A DNA stretch of 64,000 nucleotides from the NCBI GenBank assembly GCA_964434535.1, contig CAYSWA010000003.1:102570-166569 (forward strand). The letters are read 5' to 3'. A program made the translations under genes and the position numbers. The notes beneath the pieces were generated by a model. That model worked only from the letters and a program-made list of their open reading frames with translations. It ran no database searches and had not been told where the DNA came from. Positions 1 through 9,316 of this stretch are shown here, one piece after another. Numbering within the stretch: position 1 is the stretch's first letter; each line of letters begins with the position of its first letter. The stretch comes from an uncultured candidatus Brocadiaceae bacterium. Lineage in GTDB: Bacteria > Planctomycetota > Brocadiia > SM23-32.

Positions 1-1752
1 GTCGTCGTCTTCTGCGGCGTCGGCGGCGTGCAGGCCCAGAGCGAGACCGTCTGGCACCAGGCCCAGCGCTACCAGGTGCCCCGCGTCTGCTTCGTCAACA
101 AGCTCGACCGGCTCGGCAGCGACTTCCTCTACGTGGTGCGCCAGATGCGCGAGCGGCTCGGCGCCAACGCCGTCCCCGTCCAGCTTCCCCTGGGGCGGGA
201 CGCCGACTTCGCCGGGGCCATCGACCTGATCCACCGCGAGGCGCTCGTCTTCGAGGACGAGGCGCTCGGCGCCCGCTACGAGGTCCGCCCCGTCCCCGAA
301 GCCTACCGCGCGCAGGCCGAAGAGCACCGCGCCGCCCTGATCGAGGCCGTCAGCGAACAGGTCGAGTGGATGGCCGACAAGTTCCTGGCCGAGGAGCCGA
401 TCAGCCCGGCCGACATCACGCGCGGGCTGCGCCAGGCGTGCATCGCCGGCAAGCTCCAGCCCGTCCTCTGCGGGGCCGCCCTGCGCAACCGCGCCATACA
501 GCCGCTGCTGGACGCCATCTGCGACTACCTGCCCTCGCCGGCGGACATACCGGCCATCGCCGGCACCGACCCCAAGTCCGGCGAGGCCGTCGAGCGCCAC
601 GCTTCCGAGGACGAGCCGCTCAGCGCCATGGCCTTCAAGGTCCAGAGCGAGCGCCACGCCGACCTCTACTACGTGCGCGTCTACAGCGGCGTGCTGCGCG
701 AGAAGTCGCGCGTCTATAACGCCAACCAGGACAAGATGGAGCACGTGGCCCAGCTCTGCCGCATGCACGCCAACGCCCGCGAGCAGATCAGCCAGGCCGG
801 CCCCGGCGCCATCGTCGCCGTCACCGGCCTGAAGGTCACCGTCACGGGCGACACGCTCTGCGAGCGGCGCAAGCCCGTCGTCTACGAGCGAATGGAGGTG
901 CCCGAAACGGTCGTCTCCATGGCCATCGAGCCGCGCACCCAGGCCGAGAAGCGGAAGCTGGACAACGCCCTGGGCCACCTGGCCCGGGAAGACCCGACCT
1001 TCCGCACCTCCGTGGACTCCAACACCGGCCAGCTCCTGATCAGCGGCATGGGCGAGCTGCACCTGGACATCATCCGCGACCGCCTGCTGCGCGAGTTCAA
1101 CGTCGACGCCCGCGTCGGCGAGCCGCGCGTCTCCTACCGCGAGAGCCTGCGCGAACCGGTCACGATCGAGCAGACCTTCCAGCGCGAGATGGAGGGACGG
1201 GGCCAGTTCGCCCGCGTGGTCATCCGCTTCGAGCCCGCCCCCGTCGGCTCGGCCCTGGCCTTCCAGAACGAGGTGCCCAAGGACGTGCTCCCGCTGCACT
1301 TCGCGCGCGCGGTCGAGCGCACCCTCACCCAGAGCAACGTCGGCGGCATCCTCTACGGCTACCCGCTGATCAACGTCAAGGCCACGCTGCGCGAGGCCGA
1401 GTCCCATCCGGTGGACTCGACCGAGCTCGCCTTCGAGGCCGCCGCCACCATGGCCCAGCGCCGGGCGCTGGAGCAGGGCGGCTGCGAGCTCTACGAGCCC
1501 TACATGCGCCTGGAGATCGTCGTGCCCGAGGGCGACATGGGCGACGTGCTCAGCTACGTGACCACCTGCCGGGGCGCCATTCAGGACGTGACGGCGCGCG
1601 ATGCGCTCCGCGTGCTCCGCGCCGTGGCGCCGCTTGCGGAGCTGTTCGGCTTCGCCACCAAGCTGCGCTCCCTCACCCAGGGGCGCGGCACCTACAGCAT
1701 GGAGCCGCTCGAGTACCGGCCCGCGCCGGCCGGTGCGCTTGACCTCACCTGA
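1..1752 (+). CDS. fusA: Elongation factor G paralog (5'-truncated by window edge)
   Basis: Frame is open from base 1 (VVVFCGVGGVQAQSETVW). Motifs FVNKLDR, GMGELHLDI, VGEPRVSYRE, LRSLTQGRG. Confidence 0.93.
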   Translation, partial: VVVFCGVGGVQAQSETVWHQAQRYQVPRVCFVNKLDRLGSDFLYVVRQMRERLGANAVPVQLPLGRDADFAGAIDLIHREALVFEDEALGARYEVRPVPEAYRAQAEEHRAALIEAVSEQVEWMADKFLAEEPISPADITRGLRQACIAGKLQPVLCGAALRNRAIQPLLDAICDYLPSPADIPAIAGTDPKSGEAVERHASEDEPLSAMAFKVQSERHADLYYVRVYSGVLREKSRVYNANQDKMEHVAQLCRMHANAREQISQAGPGAIVAVTGLKVTVTGDTLCERRKPVVYERMEVPETVVSMAIEPRTQAEKRKLDNALGHLAREDPTFRTSVDSNTGQLLISGMGELHLDIIRDRLLREFNVDARVGEPRVSYRESLREPVTIEQTFQREMEGRGQFARVVIRFEPAPVGSALAFQNEVPKDVLPLHFARAVERTLTQSNVGGILYGYPLINVKATLREAESHPVDSTELAFEAAATMAQRRALEQGGCELYEPYMRLEIVVPEGDMGDVLSYVTTCRGAIQDVTARDALRVLRAVAPLAELFGFATKLRSLTQGRGTYSMEPLEYRPAPAGALDLT

Positions 1753-1801
1753 CCCCGCGCCCTATCCTCTCCCGCCGGCCTCTGCTGAAGGGAGCTGCCG
1801 C

Positions 1802-3646
1802 GTGACCCGCCGAACCCGCCGCGTCACCTTCCAGCCCGAGGGCCGCAGCGTCTTCGTGCTCGACGGCACCGCCCTGGTCGAGGCCGCCGGCCAGGCCGGC
1901 ATCGTGCTCAACCAGCCCTGCGGCGGCGAAGGAACCTGCGGCAAGTGCCGCGTGGAAGTGGCCGGCGAGGCGCCCGAGCCGACCCCCGCCGACCGCCGCC
2001 ACATCCCCGGCGAGCAGCTCGCCGAGGGCTGGCGCCTCGCCTGCCGGCTCCGCGTCGAGGCGGACATGGTCCTCACCGTGCCGCACGAGACGCGCTTCTT
2101 CGAGCAGCAGATACTCGCCGAAGGCGAGGGGCGCGCCTACCCGTTGCGGCCCAACGTGCGCAAGGCGCTCCTCTGCGTGCCCGCCCCCAGCGTGGAGCAC
2201 CAGCGCAGCGACGTGGACCGACTGCGCGACGCCCTCGGGGACGAGGCGCTCGCCGCCGGCCTGCCCCTGATCCGCGCCCTGCCCGGCATCCTGCGCCAGG
2301 GGCAGGACCGCCTCACCGCCGTGCTGGAGGGCCGGCAGATCCAGTGGGTCGAGGCCGGCGACACGACCGACTGCCTCTACGGCGTCGCGTTCGACATAGG
2401 CACCACCACCATCGTCGGCGCGCTGATGGACCTGAGCGGCGGCGCCTCCGCCGCCGTGGCGAGCCGCACCAACCCCCAGGTGCACTTCGGCGACGACGTG
2501 GTCAGCCGCATCGCCTACATCCAGTCCCACCCCGGCGGGCTGGACAGGCTGCGGCGCCGCCTGGTCGCGTGCCTCAACGAGATCGTGCTGGAGCTCTGCG
2601 AGGGGGCCGGCGTCGAGCCCGAGTCCATCTACGACGCCACGGCCGTGGGCAACACCACGATGAGCCACATCTTCCTGGGGGTCGATCCCTCCTCCCTCGC
2701 CCACGCTCCCTACGTGGCCGTGCTGCGGGGCGGGCTCGACGTCAGGGCGCGCGAGGTGGGCCTGGACATCAACCGCAACGCCGCCCTGCACATGCTGCCC
2801 AACATCGCCGGCTTCGTCGGCAGCGATACCGTCGCCGTGGTGCTCGCCAGCGGCATGGCCCAGGAGGAGCCGGTCCAGATCGCCATCGACATCGGCACCA
2901 ACGGCGAGGTGGTCGTGGGCAACCGCGAGCGGCTCATCGCCTGCTCCTGCGCGGCCGGCCCGGCCTTCGAGGGCGCCCGCATACGCCAGGGCATGCGGGC
3001 CACCGAGGGCGCCGTCAGCAAGCTTGTCATCAATGAGGAGATCGAGGTCAACGTCATCGGCGGCGGCCGGGCGACCGGCATCTGCGGCAGCGGCCTGATC
3101 GACGCCGTCGCCGAGCTGCTCAGCGCCGGCGCCATCGACCCGACCGGTCGCATCGTCCACCCCGCCGGCGCGCCCGGCCTGCCGGACGCCCTGAAAGGGG
3201 CGATCGTGGAGCGCGACGGCCAGCCGGCGGTCGTGCTGGTGCCGGGCGAACGCAGCAAGACGGGCAAGCCCGTCCTGCTGACGCAGCGCGACGTGCGGGA
3301 GGTCCAGCTCGCCAAGGCGGCGATCCGGGCGGGCACGGAGGTGATCTGCGCCGAGTTCGGCATCGCGCCCCAGGAGGCGGCGCGCGTGCTGCTGGCCGGG
3401 GGGTTCGGCAACTTCATCCGCCGCTCGAACGCCCGCCGCATCGGCCTCTTGCCGCCGATCCCGGCCGAGCGCATCGAGTCCATCGGCAACGCGGCGGCGG
3501 CGGGGGCGAAGGCCGCGCTCGCCTGCCGCGACTGCCGCGCCGAGGCCGAGCGCATCAGCCGCGAGACCCGCTACGTGGAGCTGGCCACGCGGGCCGACTT
3601 CCAGGCGCACTACATGGAAGCCATGGCCTTCGGTGAGGGGGGCTGA
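1802..3646 (+). CDS. ASKHA-domain ATPase with N-terminal 2Fe-2S ferredoxin (DUF4445 / RACo-RamA-like reductive activator of corrinoid proteins)
   Basis: CGGEGTCGKC...RLAC ferredoxin; DIGTTT, DIGTNGE, AGPAFEG, GICGSG, DVREVQLAKAAI. GTG start chosen at 1802. Confidence 0.9.
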   Translation: MTRRTRRVTFQPEGRSVFVLDGTALVEAAGQAGIVLNQPCGGEGTCGKCRVEVAGEAPEPTPADRRHIPGEQLAEGWRLACRLRVEADMVLTVPHETRFFEQQILAEGEGRAYPLRPNVRKALLCVPAPSVEHQRSDVDRLRDALGDEALAAGLPLIRALPGILRQGQDRLTAVLEGRQIQWVEAGDTTDCLYGVAFDIGTTTIVGALMDLSGGASAAVASRTNPQVHFGDDVVSRIAYIQSHPGGLDRLRRRLVACLNEIVLELCEGAGVEPESIYDATAVGNTTMSHIFLGVDPSSLAHAPYVAVLRGGLDVRAREVGLDINRNAALHMLPNIAGFVGSDTVAVVLASGMAQEEPVQIAIDIGTNGEVVVGNRERLIACSCAAGPAFEGARIRQGMRATEGAVSKLVINEEIEVNVIGGGRATGICGSGLIDAVAELLSAGAIDPTGRIVHPAGAPGLPDALKGAIVERDGQPAVVLVPGERSKTGKPVLLTQRDVREVQLAKAAIRAGTEVICAEFGIAPQEAARVLLAGGFGNFIRRSNARRIGLLPPIPAERIESIGNAAAAGAKAALACRDCRAEAERISRETRYVELATRADFQAHYMEAMAFGEGG

Positions 3647-3657
3647 GCCGGAGCCCC

Positions 3658-4218
3658 TCAGACGGTCATGATGTCGGCCGTCTTGCGCTCCAGCAGCTCG
3701 TCGATCCTGGCCTCGTGCTCGTCGGTCAGCTTCTGCACCTCGTCCTTGGTCCGGTGCAGCTCGTCTTCGCTGATGCTGGATGCCTTCTGTTCCTTCTCCA
3801 GTTGCCTGTTGGCGTCGCGGCGGATGTTGCGCACGGCGACGCGGGCCTCCTCGGCCATGGACTTCACGCGCGCGACGAGCTGCCTGCGCCGCTCCTCGCT
3901 GAGGCCGGGCACCTGGAGGCGGATGACCTTCCCGTCGTTCTGCGGGTTGATCCCGATGTCGCTGGTCTGGATCGCCCGTTCGATCTCGCCCAGGCTGGTG
4001 GGGTCGAAGGGCTTGATGACGATGAGCTGGGGGTCGGGGATGGCGATCTGGGCGAGCTGGCGCAGCGGCGTGGGCGAGCCGTAGTAGTCGAGGCGGATGT
4101 TCTCGACCAGGCCGGCGCTGGCCGTGCCGGTGCGGATGCCGCGCAGGCCCTGGCTGAAGACGTCCAGCGCCTTCTCCATGCGGTCCTCGGCGTCCAGCAG
4201 GATCTCGTCAACGTCCAT
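3658..4218 (-). CDS. frr: Ribosome recycling factor
   Basis: IRTG, YYGSPTPL, NPQNDG, SEERR, VRNIRRDAN; lies after pyrH. Confidence 0.97.
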   Translation of the reverse strand: MDVDEILLDAEDRMEKALDVFSQGLRGIRTGTASAGLVENIRLDYYGSPTPLRQLAQIAIPDPQLIVIKPFDPTSLGEIERAIQTSDIGINPQNDGKVIRLQVPGLSEERRRQLVARVKSMAEEARVAVRNIRRDANRQLEKEQKASSISEDELHRTKDEVQKLTDEHEARIDELLERKTADIMTV

Positions 4219-4223
4219 GGCGC

Positions 4224-4943
4224 TTATCCCTCTATGAGCGTGCCGACGGGTTCGCCCGCCGCCGCGCGCCGGATGTTGCCTTCCACGGCGTAGTTGAACA
4301 CGCGCACGGGCAGCGAGTGCTGCATGCAGAACGAGACGGCGGTCAGGTCCATCACCCCGAGCCTGCGCTGGAGCACCTCGCGGTAGGTGAGCCGCTCGAA
4401 CAGGCGGGCGTCGGGGTCCTGCTCCGGGTCGGCCGAGTAGACGCCGTCGACCCGCGTGGCCTTCAGCACGGGGCCGGCGCCGAGCTCGACCGCGCGGAGG
4501 GCGGCCGCCGTGTCGGTGGTGAAGAACGGGTTGCCCGTGCCCCCGGCCAGCAGCACGACCTTGCCCGCCTCCAGGTCCTCCACGCAGCGGCGCGGCTCGA
4601 AGGCGGGCACCATCCGGGGCACGGCGAAGGCGCCGTAGTGGGTGGCGGCCACGCCCGCCTCGGCGAGCGCCTCCCGCAGCATCAGGGCGTTGACGGCCGT
4701 GGCGAGCATGCCGGCGTAGTCGGCGCTGATGCGGCCGGGCCCGGCCGGGCAGAACCGGGCGCCGCGGATCACGTTGCCCCCGCCCACGACCACGGCGAGC
4801 TGGACGGGCAGGGCGCGGGCGGCCGCCACCTCGGCGGCCACGTAGGCGATGGCCTCGGGGCCGAACGTGGCGCCGTCTTCGCCCGCGAGGGTGCCCCCGC
4901 TGAGCTTCAGCAGCACCCTTCGCGGCCGGTCCTCTGTGCCCAT
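4224..4943 (-). CDS. pyrH: UMP kinase
   Basis: LLKLSG, GGGN, GTGNPFFTTDT, VDGVYSADP, VMDLTA; rpsB-tsf-pyrH-frr synteny. Confidence 0.95.
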   Translation of the reverse strand: MGTEDRPRRVLLKLSGGTLAGEDGATFGPEAIAYVAAEVAAARALPVQLAVVVGGGNVIRGARFCPAGPGRISADYAGMLATAVNALMLREALAEAGVAATHYGAFAVPRMVPAFEPRRCVEDLEAGKVVLLAGGTGNPFFTTDTAAALRAVELGAGPVLKATRVDGVYSADPEQDPDARLFERLTYREVLQRRLGVMDLTAVSFCMQHSLPVRVFNYAVEGNIRRAAAGEPVGTLIEG

Positions 4944-4978
4944 TGTCGGCGCCCTCCCTCTGCTGCGGGCGGCGGGGG

Positions 4979-5578
4979 CTACTCGGCGCCGTCCTGGCCG
5001 ATCTCCAGGCGCACGAAACGCCGCACCCCGATGTTCTCGCCGAGCTTCGCGATGGCGTCCTGGATGAGCTGTTCGACGGTGCGCTGGTCGTCGCGGATGT
5101 AGGGCTGCTTCAGCAGGCAGACCTGCTCGTAGAACTTGGCCAGCCGGCCCTGGATGATCTGCTCCTGGATGTGTTCGGGCTTGTCGGCGCTCTGCTGGCG
5201 GTAGAGGGCCTTCTCGGCCTCGACGGTCTCGGCGGGCAGCTCCTCGGGCGTGGCGGCCAGCGGGTCCATCGCGGCCACCTGCATGGCCAGTTCGTTGGCG
5301 AGCTGGCGGAACTCGTCGTTGCGGGCCACGAAGTCGGTCTCGCAGGCCAGCTCCAGCAGCACGCCGATGCGTCCGTTGCCGTGGACGTAGCTGACGATGG
5401 CGCCCTCTGCGGTCTGGCGGCTGCCCTTCTCGCGGGCCATCGCCAGGCCCTGCTCGCGCAGTATCATCACGGCCTTCTGCTGGTCGCCGTCGGCCTCGGC
5501 GAGCGCCCGCTTGCAGTCCATCAGGCCGGCGCCCGTCCTGTCACGCAGTTGCTTCACTTCCGGTGCGGAGATCGCCAT
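4979..5578 (-). CDS. tsf: Elongation factor Ts (short, 199 aa form)
   Basis: VKQLRDRTGAGLMDCKRAL, CETDFVA, LGENIGVRRFVR. Real start is the ATG at 5578 inside ORF 4979..6490. Confidence 0.96.
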   Translation of the reverse strand: MAISAPEVKQLRDRTGAGLMDCKRALAEADGDQQKAVMILREQGLAMAREKGSRQTAEGAIVSYVHGNGRIGVLLELACETDFVARNDEFRQLANELAMQVAAMDPLAATPEELPAETVEAEKALYRQQSADKPEHIQEQIIQGRLAKFYEQVCLLKQPYIRDDQRTVEQLIQDAIAKLGENIGVRRFVRLEIGQDGAE

Positions 5579-5649
5579 CTGCTGCTCCGTCTGCGCATTT
5601 CGGGTGTAGTCGTCGGGTGCGGTCTGTGCCGGGGCGCGCGGCCGGCGGC

Positions 5650-6555
5650 TCAGGCCGGCTCCTCCTCGGAGGCCGCCTCGGCCGTCTGCGGCTCGGCCTG
5701 CTGCGGGGTCTCGGCGGCGGGCTCGTGCTCGGGGGGCTCGGCCGCTTCGGGGGCGGCTTCCTCCCCTTCGGTCGCGGGCGGCTCCTGGGCGGCGGTCTGG
5801 GCCTCGGATGCGGGCGCGGCGGTCTGAGGTTCTTCGGGGCGCGGCGCCGGGGCCGCCGGCGGCGCCTCGCCGCGCCGGGCCAGCCCGTCCAGCACGGCGT
5901 CCGACATCATGCGGAAGAATATCTCGATGGCGCCGAACGAATCGTCGTTGCCGGGCACGACCACGTCGATGTCGTCGGGGTCGCCGTCGGTGTCGGTCAG
6001 TGCGATGATGGGTATTGCGAGCTTGACGGCTTCGCGCACGGCGATGTGCTCGCGGGCGGGGTCGACCAGCACGAGCAGGCCGGGCAGCCGGTTCATGTTG
6101 CGCACGCCGCCGAGGTTGCGCAGGATCTTGCGCTTCTCGCGGCGCAGCGAGGAGACCATCTTCTTGGTGTAGAGGCGGATCTGGCCGCTCTTCTCGAGCT
6201 CTTCCAGCTCCTCCAGGCGGTCCAGCCGGCTGCGGATGGTGGTGTAGTTGGTCAGCAGCCCGCCCGGCCAGCGCTCGGCCACGTAGGGCATGCCGCAGCG
6301 CTGGGCCTCGCGCTCGACGATGCCGGAGGCCTGCTTCTTGGTGCCGACGAACATGACCGTGCGGCCGCGCGCGGCGACGGCGCGCGTCAACGCGCGCCCC
6401 AGGATCAGGCCGCGCAGGGTCGCGCGCAGGTCGATGATGTGGATCAGGTTGCGCCGCTTGAAGATGAACGGCGCCATCTTGGGGTTCCACCGGCTGGTGC
6501 GATGGCCGAAGTGGAATCCCGCTTTGATCAGGCCTCTAACGCTGGGTGTCTCCAA
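5650..6555 (-). CDS. rpsB: 30S ribosomal protein S2 with acidic Ala/Pro/Glu tail
   Basis: GFHFGHRTSRWNPKM, HIIDL, FVGTKKQA, RWPGGLLTN, PGNDD. Confidence 0.97.
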   Translation of the reverse strand: METPSVRGLIKAGFHFGHRTSRWNPKMAPFIFKRRNLIHIIDLRATLRGLILGRALTRAVAARGRTVMFVGTKKQASGIVEREAQRCGMPYVAERWPGGLLTNYTTIRSRLDRLEELEELEKSGQIRLYTKKMVSSLRREKRKILRNLGGVRNMNRLPGLLVLVDPAREHIAVREAVKLAIPIIALTDTDGDPDDIDVVVPGNDDSFGAIEIFFRMMSDAVLDGLARRGEAPPAAPAPRPEEPQTAAPASEAQTAAQEPPATEGEEAAPEAAEPPEHEPAAETPQQAEPQTAEAASEEEPA

Positions 6556-6712
6556 AGCTCTCTCCCGCGATGCTCACATGTGCCGTTGTGCGTTCTCCAG
6601 GGGGTCCCCGGCTCCGGCGACGGCACCGCGACGGCACATTGGATGCGCATGGTGCCCCGCCTGAGAAGCCGGCTGGGGAGTCAAAAGGCGAGTGCCCGCC
6701 CCGAGATGCAAC
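6556..6712 (-). promoter_or_regulatory. Long rpsB 5' leader (possible S2 autoregulatory structure)
   Basis: About 155 nt untranslated between a clear promoter and the rpsB start. rpsB leaders are often regulatory; the structure was not verified. Confidence 0.35.
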
Positions 6713-6718
6713 AGGGCC

Positions 6719-6747
6719 AATATACCCCCTGGCCCCGCCTCTGTCAA
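6719..6747 (-). promoter_or_regulatory. sigma70-type promoter of rpsB operon
   Basis: TTGACA-17 nt-TATATT on the minus strand. Confidence 0.75.
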
Positions 6748-7352
6748 GCCAAACGGACCCGCGCCGCCGAGCCGCGGATGGCCACCGCCTCCGCCAGCGC
6801 GCTGGCGAGCAGCGTCGGCGCGACCACTGCTGCGTAGGCCGCCGCCCGCGGCGCCAGCGCCGCCAGGTAGGGCTCACCCCCCTGCACGGCGTGCCCCATG
6901 CTGATGCCCATCGCCAGGCTCACCCAGAAGCACGGCAGCTCCAGCGCGAGCACCAGCGCGCCGCAAGCCAGCGTCAGCGGCGCCGGCGGGCGCCACTGCC
7001 CCGCCCTCGGCGCCCCCAGCGCCTCCATCGGCTCGCGCCCCGCCATGCCCCCGATGACGCCGACGTTCAGGCCCGTCCAGATGCCGAAGGCCTTCGGCAG
7101 CATCGGATGGAAGCCGCTGGCCATGTAAGCGAAGATGGCCGTCGCGTTGAAGCCGAAGATCACCGCCGCCATCCGCGCGATGCTCGGCGAGGGGCCCATC
7201 CGGCGCAGAACCGTGCGGAAGACGGCGAGCGCGGGGCGGGCCACGGCCGTCCAGCCGTATCGCACGACCGGCCAGGCGACGAACAGGCCCACGGCGAACA
7301 GAAGCGCCGCGTGCACGGCGAGCCGCGCGTGCGCTGCCAGCAGCTCCAGCAT
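6744..7352 (-). CDS. Integral membrane protein, SpoIIM/DUF95-like
   Basis: Several hydrophobic helices. LELPCFWVSLAMG and C-terminal PTLLASALAEA resemble the SpoIIM family. Follows folD. Confidence 0.55.
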   Translation of the reverse strand: MLELLAAHARLAVHAALLFAVGLFVAWPVVRYGWTAVARPALAVFRTVLRRMGPSPSIARMAAVIFGFNATAIFAYMASGFHPMLPKAFGIWTGLNVGVIGGMAGREPMEALGAPRAGQWRPPAPLTLACGALVLALELPCFWVSLAMGISMGHAVQGGEPYLAALAPRAAAYAAVVAPTLLASALAEAVAIRGSAARVRLA

Positions 7353-7369
7353 GGCTCTCCCCCGGCCTC

Positions 7370-8218
7370 TCAGGCCTGCCGGCGGGCGCACTCGGCGACG
7401 TTGGCCAGCAGCATCGCCGTGGTCACCGGCCCGACCCCCCCGGGCACGGGGGTGATGAGCGAGGCCCGCTGCCGGACCGACTCGAACTCCACGTCACCGG
7501 CCACTGCGCCCCCCTCGGCCCGGTTGATGCCGACGTCCACGACCACGGCCCCCTCGCGCACCATCTCGCCGGTGACGAGGCCCGCCTTGCCCACGGCGAC
7601 GATCAGCACCTCGGCGCGCCGCGTGTGCGCCGCCAGCTCCCGCGTGGCCACGTGGCAGCAGGTCACGGTCGGCGCCCGCCTCAGCGATTCCAGCAGCATC
7701 ACCACCGCCGGCTTGCCCACGACGGCGCTGTGACCGACGACGACGGTCTCCTTGCCGGCCATCTCAATGCCTGCTTCCCGCAGCATCGTGAGCACGGCGC
7801 GCGGGGTGCAGGGCGCCAGGCGGAACTCGCCGTAGAAGAGCCCTCCCACGTTGGCCGGGTGCACGCCCTCGGCGTCCTTCTCGGGGGCGATGGCCCGCTG
7901 GGCGCGGGCGGCGTCGAGGCCCGCGGGCAGGGGCATCATCAGCATGAGGGCGGTGACGGCCGGATCGGAGTTCAGCCCGGCGATGCAGTCCTTCAGGGCG
8001 GCGTCGGTCGTGGCGCCGTCGGGCCGCCTCAGCTCGTATTCGATGCCGACCTCGGCGCAGGCGCGCCGCTGGCTTCGCGCGTAGAAGCGGGCGCCCGCGT
8101 CGTCGGAGGCGAGCAGCGCCACCAGCCTGGGCGGGCGGGGCAGGTCGGCGACCTCCCGGCGCACGCGGTCACGGACGGCCTCGGCTATCGGCGCGCCTCG
8201 CAGCAGTTCAGCCGTCAT
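7370..8218 (-). CDS. folD: Methylenetetrahydrofolate dehydrogenase (FolD family; cyclohydrolase residues substituted)
   Basis: KDAEGVHPAN, PCTP, VVGKP, VDVGIN, ITPVPGGVGPVT. Confidence 0.93.
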   Translation of the reverse strand: MTAELLRGAPIAEAVRDRVRREVADLPRPPRLVALLASDDAGARFYARSQRRACAEVGIEYELRRPDGATTDAALKDCIAGLNSDPAVTALMLMMPLPAGLDAARAQRAIAPEKDAEGVHPANVGGLFYGEFRLAPCTPRAVLTMLREAGIEMAGKETVVVGHSAVVGKPAVVMLLESLRRAPTVTCCHVATRELAAHTRRAEVLIVAVGKAGLVTGEMVREGAVVVDVGINRAEGGAVAGDVEFESVRQRASLITPVPGGVGPVTTAMLLANVAECARRQA

Positions 8219-8948
8219 CCCCTTCCTCCTCCGAGGGCGTCGCCGGGCGGGAGCGCATCAGCTTCTTCAGCTCCTCGGCGATCCAGTGTTCGGCCTTGGA
8301 GAGGCAGAACGGCCCGTGGCCCGGGTAGAGCACGTCGGGCGGGTCCTCCAGCAGGGCGGTCAACGTCTGGAAGTAGGCGTCGTGGTCGTAGTCGGGCCGG
8401 TCGCGGAACTGCTCCAGGCGGGGCGAGCGGACGGCGTCGCCGCAGAACAGCATGCGCCGGCGCGCCTGGACGATCGCGTAGCCGGTCGAGTCGGCGCAGT
8501 GGCCGGGCAGGGCGACGGCGCGGATGGGGCAGTTGCCCACGGTGATCTCCTCGCCCGGGGCGATCCGGGTGACCTCCTGCACGGGAACGAAGCGGCGGTG
8601 GTAGTGGTAGGCGGCGGTGGCGAGGCCGCCTTCCCCCACGGCGGGCGCCGTCAGGGGGCCGGCGACGATCTCGACGCCGTTCCTACGCAGGTCCTCGGCG
8701 GCGCCGGCGTGCGGCAGGTGGGCGTGGGTGAGCAGCACGTGGCTGAGGTCGCGGAACTGGAACTCCATCTCCTCCAGGTTCTCCAGGATGCCGGGCAGGC
8801 TCTCCCCGCAGCCGCAGTCGATCATCACCAGCGTGTCGCCCGTGTCGATCAGGTAGGTGTTGCAGTCATTGGCGGGCCAGTCCAGGTAGACCATGTTGAA
8901 GTCCTGCCCGCCGAGCAGGAAGACGCGTCCCAACAGTCGCATGCCCAT
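8208..8948 (-). CDS. MBL-fold metallo-hydrolase
   Basis: YLID, IDCG, LLTHAHLPHAG, PGHC, FCGD, YPGHG. Confidence 0.85.
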   Translation of the reverse strand: MGMRLLGRVFLLGGQDFNMVYLDWPANDCNTYLIDTGDTLVMIDCGCGESLPGILENLEEMEFQFRDLSHVLLTHAHLPHAGAAEDLRRNGVEIVAGPLTAPAVGEGGLATAAYHYHRRFVPVQEVTRIAPGEEITVGNCPIRAVALPGHCADSTGYAIVQARRRMLFCGDAVRSPRLEQFRDRPDYDHDAYFQTLTALLEDPPDVLYPGHGPFCLSKAEHWIAEELKKLMRSRPATPSEEEGDDG

Positions 8949-9098
8949 GGTTGCCTGCCTCGCCAGGGGGCTGGGGGGCGCACGAGGGACCGGGGCCGTC
9001 GAGGGGCATTTGAGCCGCTGAGGGGGCGGATGTCAAGCGGTGCCGGGCGGCCCCGGCGGGCCTACCTCGCGCAGAGGGCGCCGCAGGGAAGGATGAAG

Positions 9099-9204
9099 GC
9101 AACGGCACTCCCCTCGTTCTCGTCGTCGTCGTCGTTCTCGTTCTCGTCCTCGGCCGTTGACGTGGCCGTTCGTGGTGCCCGTGGTGCCGTTGTGGTCATC
9201 GTTG
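9099..9204. repeat. Modular intergenic short-repeat cluster
   Basis: CTCGTT/CTCGTC hexamer run, CTCGGCCGTTGACGT and CGTGGTGCC units; these recur at 23.6-23.75 kb and 35.8 kb. Confidence 0.7.
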
Positions 9205-9209
9205 CTGCC

Positions 9210-9238
9210 TTGCGCGGGGGCCGGGGGGCGGCTATAAT
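9210..9238 (+). promoter_or_regulatory. sigma70-type promoter
   Basis: TTGCGC-17 nt-TATAAT upstream of ORF 9317. Confidence 0.7.
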
Positions 9239-9316
9239 CGAGGGGTTCGCGGCGGGGGGCGCTGCGGCGAGGTATGCGGCAGTGCTGCAACCCTGTGTTG
9301 CCGAAGGACTTAAGGC

